DNA of 64,000 nt from Trichosphaerium sp. ATCC 40318 (lineage: Eukaryota; Protista; Tubulinea): assembly GCA_038496445.1 (NCBI GenBank), contig JALMLS010000356.1:62001-126000 (forward strand). The letters run 5' to 3'. Positions 23,120 to 35,265 of this stretch are shown in pieces (within the stretch, counting starts at the first letter, position 1; each line of letters opens with the position of its first letter). The notes under the pieces are model-generated. The model had not been told where the DNA came from. It saw only the letters and a list, made by a program, of their open reading frames with translations, and searched no databases. The position numbers and the translations under genes were made by a program.

Positions 23120-24769
23120 TTATAACCAAGTTAACCCAAGCATCAGTAGCAGTATCAGTTGAGCACCAATAAAGCTAACACATGCATACGCATATGCATA
23201 GAATGTTTTAAGATTATGTAGCTCTTTAACAAATGTAGAAACTGTAGTTAATCCACCCGCAAAACCTATAGATATAGCACCTTCAATAGCAAAGTATGCA
23301 GCCCTAATAGATGTTAGGAAGAAAATATTATTCAAACAAAAGCACAAATAAGAAAAAACTGAGAAAAAAATTAACGAAGCTGTGGTTAAATCTCACGTGC
23401 TGGATAATGGAAATAAATACGTACGGTGAAGGTGATGTTTTAAGCAGGTATATTACAACACCTGCACTAATTGCTGTGCCTATAATATTCACAGCGAATG
23501 TAAAAACGGGAAACTTTGGAAACTTCTTATTGAACTTCCCTGTTGCATAGCGTATCAGAGCTCCTATTAAACTTGTGTCAACAAAAGCACGTGTATTTAC
23601 AAAAACTAAACTGACAACGGAAAAAATACATACCATAAGGTCCTAGAAGCGCGGCATAGAAAAGAGTTTGTACTGGCAAGTTATTGTCAATAAGTACAAT
23701 AAGTATAATCAGTCCAGCATTTAGACATAAAAAAATAGCAATGACAGCGATGTCATGTATAGATGAACAAACACCTGTGTGTTTATGATGTTCAATAACA
23801 CCATGTACATGTTCTAACATTATAAATAAACTGAAAAACTAATAGATAACGTACCAACCCTTCCATTTGCTAATACAGCAGTTGTCTCATTGAAACGATT
23901 AGTGTAGGAAGTACAACACAAAAAGTGCTCTATGAAATAAACCAATGCTCTCTTTGTATGGTCACCAAGAAAGTAGGCACCGTGAACCCACGCAATACCC
24001 ACAAATAATGTTAACAGACCAGATGTAATCTTCATATTATTGTTAGCACGAATTGACGAACACAGAGAAAAAAAATAGTAAGAAAAAAATAAGATTCTGT
24101 TTGAGTGTCAACATACACTTCTATCCTTATAAAAGTTTGTAGAAACAGCTACCATCCAAGAAGAAAACGATGTAACGCTTCCTAGGTAACCAGTACCAAA
24201 CCCAGAGAAATACTCTGGGTTATTCGTGAAAAAGGAACTAGTCTTTAAACTTGCGAAAAAACCCATCACAAAAGCGCCAAAACCGTTAGAAAGGAACTCT
24301 CTAGATCAAAAATTAGTAACTCACAATATTACATGTTATAATAGGCAGTAATGAAAGCTCTAAAACGACGATGTGCGAACGGATAATTGATTTCAAACGT
24401 TTTTGTTTCATTTGCTCTGTAATAGGTCGGTATAGCGTTTTTAAATGTAACTGAGGCGTACGGATACAATGCATCAACTGGGAAAGTCTCATTAACAGTT
24501 GGCCATGTTCCTGCTTTCCAAACTACTTCAACTTGTAGTTTTATCAACGCAAAACGCGTTATTTCACCCAAAGAAGCGAAAATCAGTATCAGAAATACTT
24601 CCCGAAGCTAAATACCCTGAGTTAGGCGTTTTAATCTATTGTGTTGCTTATTTGCGCGTAATAGGCTAATATAAGCTCAAGCATTTAACGAAGTTTGTTA
24701 AAAACGCTTGACAACCACGACGTGCGTACCGGATACAACTTACACATCTCTACATACGTTTGTACTCAT
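23120..24769 (-). CDS. FEX: FEX-type fluoride exporter (two Fluc/CrcB domains); 5' end approximate
   Basis: Two CrcB signatures, 'GFGTGYLGSVTSFSSW' and 'GFAGGLTTVSTF', plus 'LGEITRF', 'GALIRY' and 'TFAVNIIG'. Confidence 0.85.
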
Positions 24770-24828
24770 TTAGAAACGCTGATTGCAATGTGGCTTAAGT
24801 TGCCTATAATTTTAGTATCACAGCAACA

Positions 24829-27278
24829 ATGAGTGAGCGGAGGTTGTCAAGGCGTGTGGATTCATCCTCAATAGCAGCTGTAAAGAAAAACAGGCGCCGT
24901 AGCGTTATGTTTCGTACAAGCGGTAGAACGTTTAGAGAAAGAGACCAAGAGCAATCTAGAAAGCTAGTCGAAGATCAACGCAAGTTTGAAGACCAGTTGC
25001 GCAAAGATGAAAAAGAATACGCAAAGATACGTGAAGGCTGGAATAAAGCCGATAGAGAGCGTAAACGTAAAGAGAACGACGAAAAACGCCGAGAAGAGAG
25101 TTTTAAAAAACAACTCCTTAAAAAGAAGGAACAAGCTGAAAAAGAAGCTAGAGCGCTTTATGAAGCTCATAAGAGGAAGAATAAAATAAAAACAGAGCGG
25201 TACGACTATTGTACTTTAATATTGTTTTGTTGTTGCTGAAAACGACCTCTTTTGTACTCATTTCGGCATAGGTACAAAGCCGAAATAGAACGAGAGATTA
25301 ATAGTCTCAAACGTCGCAAGCTAGAGATCGATATTCGCAAAAACGAGCGTATAAAGCGCTGGAAGCTCAAAACCAACGATAAAAACGAAAGGTAAACAAA
25401 CATACTTAAACGGTCACTAACAACCCATTAAAGACATGAACAACTCCAACAAACATGGGTTGAGCGACTATCTGAGCGTATGAAGGAAAGACAGGAGTAC
25501 AGACGTATTCAGCTTCGAGAGAGCGTGGAAGCACGAACAGAGTACGATCTCGATCACCATCTTGATTCTAGTGGTTAATATAGACTTTAGACGTAACTCT
25601 GTGATGCTTTACAGCTACCATAATACGTGGGACGAACGACGTATTAAGGCAAAGCAAGAATGGAATGCTAAGCATCCTTGGCAACCACCTAAGAAACTTG
25701 TTGTCAAAAAGATTGCGTTTGTACCCAAAAAAAGTAAGTTTTAATTTCTTCTGTTTTCTTGAGCTTGGCCTTCGAATAAGTGGTTCTAAGCATGTACAAT
25801 AGGGGTTAAGAAACCAAAGAAGAAGGATGAAGGTGATTTGGATGACCTTGGGCTATCTGATTCGGAAGATGACAGCGATGATGAAGTTGGTGATTTGAGG
25901 TTAGGATATTGCGTTCGCCTGATTTCTAATACTTTGTTAGCGATTTAAAGAACGATTTGGACGCTGAGGATGATTTCTTCTCATCACGTGAAGATGAGGA
26001 AGTAAAACCTGTAAATGGGTCTGAAAGTGCAGGTATAGATGATGCACAATCAGAAGATAGCGTTGATAGCAACGCTGATAAAGAAGATATTGACAAAAAA
26101 CAAAAGGATGAAACTGAGAATCCTGAAGATAAAACAGATACTGTTAGCCCTGAAGAAGATTCTTTTGCTGATGTCGATGGGTTAAGTGATGAAGAAGGTC
26201 TTGACGGATTAGATAGTCCACGTAGTGGAAAAGAAGATATTAAAATCGGTTCGAAGCCCGAAACAGATGAGCACAAAGCAAGTGATGAAGAAGATTCGTT
26301 TAACGATGCTGACAGAAAAAGTACCGGCGGCATCAAGTTAGATGAACATGAAGATATCATAGCAGGTGATATACACCTTGATATTGATTTCTGTGGAGGA
26401 GATGATAGTTCTGAAGATTTAAGCGATGATGAAGACTTAGATGGCTTAAAAGAGAAAGTAAATCATTCAGGAAATGAAGTCGATATTGACTTCTCTGATG
26501 ATGATACAGCATCAAATAATAGTGTCACAGCAGGTGATATTCATCTAGATTTTGATAATGTGGATGATGATATTGAATTGAGTGATGAGGATGAGTTTGA
26601 TGATGAAAAACTTGAGAAAGACTTAGACGGTTTAAGTGATTTTGGTGATGATTCTGCTGGAGATACTAAAGTACAAGATGACGATAAATATGATAGTTTA
26701 AGTGATGAAGATGTAAAGCTAGGCGATAAAGATGATGAAGACTCGTTTAATGATGTAGATGGTTTAGATAGCTTAAGTGACGATGACGTAAAGTTAAGTG
26801 ATGAAGATGTTAAGTTAAGCGATGCAGATGAAGAGGACTCGTTTAATGATGTGGGCGGTTTGAGTGATGAAGATGTAAAGTTAAGTGACGAAGATGAAGA
26901 AGACTCTTTTAATGACGTAGATGGTTTGAGTGATGACGATTTGAGTAAGTGCTTCTTTTTTCAATTTTCCAATTTTTTCTTCTTTGCAATTTGCGTTGTA
27001 CACGTGTTTTGTTGCTAGAGTAAGTTTACTTTTTTTTGTTTTGCTTACTTTATGTTTAGAATTATCAGATGACGATGTTTTGAGTACAGAGGTACGTATT
27101 GTTTTTAGTAGAAATTGCTTCAAAAAATGTTATTTCGTGATAGTACTTTTACCAGCTTTGGTTTGTTGTTGTACCTTTTCTTAACTCTTTAACCACCTAT
27201 TAGGATGAACCTAAAAAGAACGGCGATGATGTAATGGATGAAGATAATTTTGATGACCTAGATGATGACGAGTGGTAG
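24829..27278 (+). CDS. Charged coiled-coil protein with long Asp/Glu-rich repetitive C-terminus
   Basis: K/R/E-rich N-terminal exons; acidic exon about 25940-26944 with repeats 'DEEDSFNDVDGLSD' and 'DVKLSD'; ends DDDEW-TAG. Confidence 0.65.
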
Positions 27279-27485
27279 TAGAAACAAAAGTTTTTGATCA
27301 CTAAGTCAGTGTTGACTTTGTATTGTAATTTGTAGTAAACGTTTATTACTCAACTATGTAGCTTTTTCCTTTCCTTTAAACACCAAAAAGGCGCCAAAAC
27401 GCTCTATTTTCTTCGAAATACAACGGGACTCCCGTCACAAGTCAGCTGTAGTCTTAAACAGCGCAAATCGCCTTCATCTGTCTTA

Positions 27486-27774
27486 GGACTGCACTTTTTC
27501 TTTTATTATTTTTCACGCGGATTTTTGCATTTTTTTACCGCAGTTTGACTTTTTGATTACAAATGCCAATTGGTCACTTTTTCGCAGAAATATAGTACTT
27601 GAAAAAAATACCCCTTCCAAACACCCTCATATTTCAATATGAAGGTGGTGAATGCAATACAAAACAGCCGTTCATTAGGTGTCACAAGCTCGTGATATTT
27701 CGTAGAAATTTGCAAAACATGCGGTAAAAAATTGTCAAAATCCGCGTGAAAAATAAAAGAAAAAGTGCAAGTCC
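27486..27774. mobile_element. MITE, PIF/Harbinger (Tourist)-like
   Basis: About 60-bp imperfect TIRs (GGACTGCACTTTTTCTTTT...CACGCGGATTTT...TTTTACCGCA at left; reverse complement ending GTGCAAGTCC at right), flanked by TTA on both sides (27483-85, 27775-77); non-coding interior. Confidence 0.8.
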
Positions 27775-27908
27775 TTAGTTATCAGCTACAAGGTTGATTT
27801 CTTACTGCTATTGAGCTATTCTGTTAAAAACTGTACAAAAAGCTCAGATAGGCTCTATCAGGAAAAGACTGACTTGAAGCATTACTTGGAGAAGTCTCCA
27901 CGCTAAAA

Positions 27909-29591
27909 ATGCAGAAATTAGAACAAAAACGGAAGCCAAATTACAGTACTCGGGTTTGCTCTGTTCTACAACTTCCAAATGAACTTCAGACGTACATATC
28001 TACGTTTGATCGGGAAACGTTCTCAAAGTTCCACGTGCTATCAAAAAGAGCTGCTACGAACACACATTATGATCAAAATCTGAATAAAAAAGGTGTTTGG
28101 ATTTTTTGGTATGATGATGGCTCTCGAAGGAAAACAAAAACGATGTTCAAAGGTAAGCGACATGGAGAGATGAAGAAATGGTATAAGAACGGACAGTTAT
28201 TGCTCCAGGCTTGGTACAGCGATGATGAGATGCATGGTTTGTATAACAGTTGGCATGAAGATGGACAATGTCATGAAGAATGTACTTTTGCTAGTGGCCA
28301 GGAGAATGGAGACGTAAGGCGGTGGTATGAGAACGGACAAATAATGGTACATAGTAAGTTTGTTCACGGAAAAAGGAATGGTGAGAGCAAGGTGTGGCAT
28401 GACAATGGACAACTCGAATGGGAAACCTTCTTTGTTGATGGCAAAGAAAATGGTGAATACAAAGAATGGTATGATAATGGACAGATGCATATTGTTACTG
28501 TGTATGTTGACGGCTTAAGGCAAGGCGATTTCAAAACGTGGTATAAGCACGGTCAAATAAAATCAACAAAAAAGTATGTTGACAACAAGAAGCATGGCGA
28601 AGTCAAAGAATGGTATTATGAAGGACAACTTGCACTGAATACTACATTTATTAATGGCGACCAAAATGGTGAGCGTGTGGAGTGGTATGAACATGGTCAA
28701 GTTAAAGAACAAAGTACATGGGTTGATGGGAAAAAAAATGGTTTTCACAAGCAATGGTATGAACATGGTCAAGTTAAAGAACAAAGTACATGGGTTGATG
28801 GGAAAAAAAATGGTTTTCAAAAGCAATGGTGTGAGGATGGACAACTTGATTGGCAAAGTACATGGGTTGATGGAAAACCAAATGGTTATTGCAAACAATG
28901 GCATGAGAATGGACAACTTGCTTATCAAACAATGTATGTTGATGGCAGGGAGAATGGTGAGAGCAAACAATGGTGTAAGGATGGACAACTTGTGATACAA
29001 ACTACGTATGTTGATGGCAAGCGCAATGGCGAATACAAACAATGGCATGAGAATGGACAACTTGCGATACAAACTACGTATGTTGATGGCAAGCGCAATG
29101 GCGAATACAAACAATGGCGTTGGGGTGGACAACTTGCACTACATACTACATTTATTGATGGCAACCAGAATGGTGAGCGTATGGAGTGGTATGATAATGG
29201 TCAACTTAACACACAAAGTATGTGGGTTGATGGAAAACCAAATGGTTATCACAAACAATGGGAAAAGAATGGACAACTTGTGATACAAACTACGTATGTT
29301 GATGGCAAGCGCAATGGCGAATACAAACAATGGGAAAAGAATGGACAACTTGCGATACAAACTACGTATGTTGATGGCAAGCGCAATGGCGAATACAAAG
29401 AATGGCGTTGGGGTGGACAACTTGCTTGGCAAAGTACATGGGTTGATGGAAAACCAAATGGTTATCTCAAACAATGGCATGAGAATGGACAACTTGCTTA
29501 TCAAACAATGTATGTTGATGGCAGGGAGATTGGTGAGAGCAAACAATGGTATAAGGATGGACAACCCAGAGAACCAACACTAGACTTTTGA
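27909..29591 (+). CDS. Intronless F-box-like + about 21 MORN-variant repeats
   Basis: 'VLQLPNELQTYI...LSKRAATNTHYD' is homologous to the two paralogues; 23-aa repeats; single 560-aa ORF. Confidence 0.9.
   Translation: MQKLEQKRKPNYSTRVCSVLQLPNELQTYISTFDRETFSKFHVLSKRAATNTHYDQNLNKKGVWIFWYDDGSRRKTKTMFKGKRHGEMKKWYKNGQLLLQAWYSDDEMHGLYNSWHEDGQCHEECTFASGQENGDVRRWYENGQIMVHSKFVHGKRNGESKVWHDNGQLEWETFFVDGKENGEYKEWYDNGQMHIVTVYVDGLRQGDFKTWYKHGQIKSTKKYVDNKKHGEVKEWYYEGQLALNTTFINGDQNGERVEWYEHGQVKEQSTWVDGKKNGFHKQWYEHGQVKEQSTWVDGKKNGFQKQWCEDGQLDWQSTWVDGKPNGYCKQWHENGQLAYQTMYVDGRENGESKQWCKDGQLVIQTTYVDGKRNGEYKQWHENGQLAIQTTYVDGKRNGEYKQWRWGGQLALHTTFIDGNQNGERMEWYDNGQLNTQSMWVDGKPNGYHKQWEKNGQLVIQTTYVDGKRNGEYKQWEKNGQLAIQTTYVDGKRNGEYKEWRWGGQLAWQSTWVDGKPNGYLKQWHENGQLAYQTMYVDGREIGESKQWYKDGQPREPTLDF
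28600..29565 (+). repeat. 69-bp coding tandem repeat array with near-identical units
   Basis: Units such as ACAAACTACGTATGTTGATGGCAAGCGCAATGGCGAATACAAA occur four times exactly. Confidence 0.85.
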
Positions 29592-29696
29592 GAATGATCT
29601 TAAAGAACAAACAACAACGAACATGCCTTAAGTAGTAGACAGTTTACATCGACTAAGCAACTTCCGTTTGTTCACTAAGTACATAAAGAAGTTGCG

Positions 29697-31955
29697 ATGC
29701 TTTACACAATACTGATAGCAACATTATTTCACCTTGTGGTTTCCCGTAAGTGTTTTGGCAAGTGTAGTTTTTGGCGGTGAGCCAACTTTTGTTTAAAGAC
29801 CCAAGTAACAATCTTTCACTACAAACTGTACCTAATCAACTCCAGAAACAACCGCAACGTGGTCTGTAGATACAAGAGAAGTTTTTTTTACACAACAACA
29901 AGGCGCTGCAGGCGCTACTGTACGTTGACGAACGTTATTTAAGCATAACACGTTGTTTTTAAGCTAGACTGGTGGAGACTAACCGATCAACCTTATGGAC
30001 CCACGTGGGGTAATAATAGCATTCTCACAATAAACTTTGATGACCCTAGAATAATATTAGCCGCTAAGGTATTTATTGGGCATTTTTAACCAAATCACGT
30101 GCTCAGAGAAAACTGAGACTACTTTTCTTTTTTTTTTTTTCCTTCAAATTAAGAGCTTCGTTTTAGGGCCTTAGTGGAGGTTTCTTACGCGTAGGAGGGT
30201 ATCAAGCTGATTATGTGACGTACGATATTGATGGCGAATGTACAATTGTAGAACCAAAATTCGCCTGCTTCTCGATGGATAGATGGGAAGCTGTAAACAA
30301 ATTTGCGACAAACGTTGGTACATCTTACTTTCTCATTCACTGTTGACCTACTTTTGCTTCTTTCTTACGATACAGACCTCTAATATGCAGAGTATTACAA
30401 TGACATTTACAGTTTTGCTTAGGACTGAAGCTCATATTTGGTCTAAACGGAAACTTTGACAGAAAATCATCAACATCAATGATGAGTTTTAAAAACATTG
30501 AACAACTGTTTCAAGTAACTACTCAAGAAGGGTACTCTTTTAATTAATCCAATCACCTCTTTTATGAAAAAATCATTGAAGTCTTAATTATATTAGATTC
30601 CCCTCAAAGAATCTTTGGGGATTCGAATTGGGTAATGAATTGTACTACCGTATTAAATCTTCTCTATCTGCTGAAGAATATCTGAAACTACCACCTCTTC
30701 TTGAAAAGTATTGGCCTTCCACGGACACCAGACCAAAGTTCTTAGGTACGTGTTGATGTGGTATTAACATCATTGTGAGTTCATCGAATTCTATAGAGCC
30801 TCTCAGTGTACTTGTACTTGCTGATATATTGTTCTTAAGGTCCTGACTACAACTTTCAACAAGGCGTAAACCAGTTTTTACAAGCTCCTGCTGATCCAGG
30901 AAAAGTTATGGATGTCGTCACATATCATAATTATATTGAATGCGAAATGGACAATCCGTCAGAATACGTCCTAGACCCAAAGTGCCTCGATAAGTGCGTA
31001 ATCAAAAGTCCAACAAACTAAAACACTTCTTCTTTACTTTGCATTAACCCAAACTACAACTGTTATTCGATTGCCTGATGTGTTTAAATCGAACAACTTT
31101 TCTAAAATCTATTGTAGGTCTCAAGATGCAGCAAACGTGATCAACCCTGTTAAAGATAAACTAGCCCCACAAGCTGAATTGTGGTTTGGAGAAGGAGCTG
31201 ATCACTCTTCTGGTGGTATAAATAACTTAACAAATGTGTTTATAAGCAGCTTCTGGTATGCAGATGTTCTTGGCGTTCTAGGTAATTGACCAATTGTATT
31301 AACCTGTTCACTTTACAAACTTCTTGTATAGGTACCAAACGAGTATCAGCAATGTTAAGACAAACATTTGCAGGTGGTAACTATGGGTTACTTGATGCTT
31401 TTTCTTTGAAACCAAATCCGGATTATTGGATAGGTACAACAAGTTGTAATTTTTTTTTCCGATTTTTCTTTCTTCTTCTAAGCCTCTTTTCTCTTCCAGC
31501 GTACACTTGGCATAGACTTCTAAATAATAAAGTATTAACAACATCTCCAATAACATCAACGAATCCCTCTTTACGATTGTATGCTCACTGTGGAAAGAAT
31601 CCAAAGGAAGTAACAGTCATCGCTATAAATCTTTCAACAAATCAAGATTTCTCAGTTGATATCAATCTAATCGGACTTTCAGACCTTGATCCACAACGAA
31701 AAGAGTACGTATATTTCTACTTGGTAGTCTATCCATACAACGAACTATATTGATGATATGAGTAGGTATCATTTTACTCCACAAGGAGATGTTCATTCAA
31801 AAACAGTTCTTGTAAATGGCAAACTTTTGAGCCTTGACAGTGGCACTTTACCTGACCTTGTTCCTACTTCTGTTTCTTCAAACTTACCTTTGAGTATTAA
31901 AAGGGCATCAATAGTATTCATTGTGTACTCGGGTGAGTCTACAGCTTGTAGTTAG
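29697..31955 (+). CDS. Heparanase-like GH79 beta-glucuronidase
   Basis: Signal peptide; 'LDWW', 'LRVGG..AD', 'LIFGLN', 'WGFELGNE' (acid/base), 'LWFGEG' (nucleophile), 'RQTFAGGNYGLL...PNPDYW', 'LRLYAHC'. Confidence 0.9.
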
Positions 31956-33343
31956 CACCAATAAAGCAAGTCCCATTAAGTTTAAAGTGTTCAAGTTAAC
32001 TCAACCAGCTTCATGCACATACTGCCATTGGTACAACTAACGTAAGGAGCAATCAAACTCTCAAAGAACTAATCGAAATCACCTATGGCATTGCAGCGAA
32101 AGCACTACTGAGCACTACTGTCTGATTGTTTGTAGCTAATACTATGACAAGGAGCAATAGGAAAGTCTGTGTATCTGATCGTGACAGCTAAGGAAGACGA
32201 GGTTCTATTGTCACCTTGTGGCTGATACTAGAGTAATGGTATGAGGATTAACAGTATCATTAAACATCCTTTCAGGACAACATTTCATTACTTTAAAAGG
32301 TGGGTGTAATGTTCCAGACCTGCTGCCGGATCACGTACGTCACTGCTTAGTTTTTTTTCTCTACCTTTTTTGGTTTTCTTCTTTCTGTTCTAATTCTAAC
32401 TTCATTTAGTCGTGTTGATCACTGCTACTTCGCTTTTATTAGTGACATACAAAATCAAACAACTCCCAATAAAACTGATTTACAGCCCTATATCGTGTCT
32501 AATTAAAACAAAACAAATGTTGCAGTGTTTGTTCCATAAACTAACACAACCGGAATCGTGGTGCTCTCCATTACATGCTACTCAAACTCCGAGTTTTGAG
32601 AGGCCCCCGTGTGCCTCTTGGCTACTTTGGGTATGTGTTCCTGTGTATTCAGGCTGTCTACCATATCATTGCTCTGTAATGCCTAAACTAGGTTTTCTTT
32701 TTTGACGTTTTTGTTTAGGGAAAAAACTGATTTGTTAGCCATCTTAGGTTTGGCCATAGATACATGTTCTCGCTAGGGCACGGAGCACGTAGGAAAGACA
32801 CCAGACATCACACTCAGCGGGAGATTTTTTTGTACGTGAGAAAGCATGTCGAGAAATGATGCTGTTTGGTAATGTGTTATTGTTGTGTTAAACTAAGGAG
32901 CAAGGAAAGACGGGTCGTAAGCGTCGCTTTGTTTAAGGTTTGTGGAGAGTTAGGATGTAATTTTCTCCATGCACCTTGAATGCCCAAATTTAATTAGTTG
33001 TAACAGCTCTTTGTAATTTATCACGTGGACGTACTAATTAAGCGACTTGGTACCTTTATCTCTACCAATCACGTAAAAACACGTAAGCAGAACGAAAATG
33101 TAAGTTGATAGTGGAGAGCAACGTCCGAGAGTCCATAGTTGTGGCAAAAGTCACCAAAAAAATGCGGCTTCGTTGAAAGCGAACAAAGTTTCCAAATACC
33201 GCTTCTCAATTTATTTTTTACACGGCGTTTCAACAAACATCCACGCGCACTCGTTAGCCTAATTTAGTAGTTGACCGAAGCGTTGACTTATTGGACAAGC
33301 GGATTTTTTGTAAACAAGCAGTAACATCTAAGAACCAACAGAA

Positions 33344-34898
33344 ATGGGCCTTTTCTTTGGTAAGAAGAAAAAGAAAAAGGGAAAGAGTGATGGTTTGGTT
33401 AAAGACAAGGATGCTGATGATACAAAAGCGGGCGATTATGACTACTTCTTCAGGTTAATACTTCTTGGGAACTCCGGTGGTGGTAAGAGCTCTATATTAA
33501 GGCGTTTTACAGATGAAATATTCGAAGACAATTATTCAACTGTTGGAGTTGATTTCGTACGTTGTCTATTTTTCTTCTTCTCTTCTTTGCGCTTTTGGTA
33601 GCTTTCCGATGTTTTTGAAGGTTGGCCCACTTGTCTCCGTACTTTTCATTATAACGTGTATCATGTTTTTAGTCACGTGGGGCGTAGTACTAATGCTCAA
33701 AAAAGCAATCTATTTTAAAATGAAAAAAGTGAAATAATTATTAAAAATTTGGAAAATGGCTTTGTTCCACCTTTTCTCATCACGTGATGCCCTACATGTT
33801 TTTACGACATCAATTTTTAATATTGCCGCCTTCTTGAAAAAACCAAAACACCTTTTTTGCGCGTGAACCCGCCTAACAAGACAGCGTTTTAAAATACAAA
33901 TATGTATACTTCAAAGCTAATAATTTGTCCGTAGAAGCAAAAAATCGTTAAAAGCAATGATACGCCTATAAAACTACAAATATGGGTATGTCTATAAAGC
34001 CTTTTATCTAGTCTATTTAATATTACGCCTAAACAACGTCGGGTTTTTATGCAAAAGCAAGAAAATAGAATTTTTTATTGTATTATTATTTTTTTTGTAT
34101 TAGTTTTGAATCTACTCTTCGTTCCCGAATCCACGTGGTCTTTACTAATGATCACGTGATTTTTGAGGAAAAAAAAACATTGTTTTTTCTCTTTGTCTTA
34201 AATTATTAATTCTGTTGGTTCGTTGACACGTGAAAGGACACAGCAGGCCAGGAAAAATTCCGAACAATCACAAATTCGTACTACAACAAAGCTGAAGGCG
34301 TAGTTTTGGTATTCGATGTTTGCAGTCAAGAAAGTTTTGATGGGCTTGGTGAATGGCTCGTTGAAGTAGAAAAATACGCTGCTGCTGATATACCTATTCT
34401 TTTACTTGGTAATAAGAACGACAAAGAAGGGCGCGTGATAACAGAGTCAGTAGCGCAGGTACAATCGTAAATCTATCTTTTCAAAGAATTTTTACAAAAA
34501 CTTACGCTTCAGATCGTTCAATATAACTCCTTTCTACTTTCTCTACTCCAAACAAATACCAGTGAGACCTCCTAATTATTAGAAAATATTTTTCGGGTTG
34601 AGGAGTCGGTGAAAGTGAACAAACGAAAGTTTGAATGATTTTTCTCAGTTAAAATCAAGAAAAGTCGTAAACCATACCTTTTTTCTTTTCATCTCTAGTA
34701 CCTATCTCATCACGCTTTAGGAATGGGCAAGCGAAAAGGGCTTAGAATACTTTGACGTATCCGCAAAGGAAAACGTTAACAGTACGTCCAGTACTGCATA
34801 AACTAAAAAAAAAACTAACATGATTTTTAAAAATAGTCACAGACGCTTTCCAAGCTTTAAGCGCAACACTGGTAGAGAGCAAACAATCAGCAATATGA
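33344..34898 (+). CDS. Rab-family GTPase (Rab1/8-like) with N-terminal Gly2/polybasic anchor and no C-terminal Cys
   Basis: '[19 protein letters not shown]', 'STVGVDF', 'KLQIW|[16 protein letters not shown]', 'GNKND', 'DVSAK'; ends [11 protein letters not shown]. Confidence 0.9.
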
Positions 34899-35265
34899 TA
34901 ATTGAATTTAAATACCCAAAAACGCAATCATTATTGAAATTACATGTAATATAAACGCAGCAAAATGACAACACTATCCCTTCTGTAAGAAAGTATACTT
35001 TTTGTATCCAAAAAAATTAATTGTTACTTTCTCCTACAGCTTTACAATGAAGTAATATTGTATCTCACAAGCACACACGTTTCTAAGTTGAGTGAGGTTC
35101 TTCATTGAACATTGACAGCACCTTACTTCCTCTCAGTATTGCTTAGAAAACTCGCACCTTTTTTGGAGTCGGGCGACCTTTATTTAAAGTAGCTCCGAAC
35201 TTCATCGCAGTACTTAGCCGCATCTGACTTCTGTTGAAACAAAGAATTGTTGCAAACGCGTTACA

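Noticed and set aside
28600-29565. CRISPR-like array
   Set aside because: The units are in-frame 69-bp coding repeats without unique spacers.
8085-29591. Endogenous giant-virus insertion
   Set aside because: No viral hallmark genes are present, and the repeat genes are interspersed with intron-rich host genes; three of the four carry an intron.
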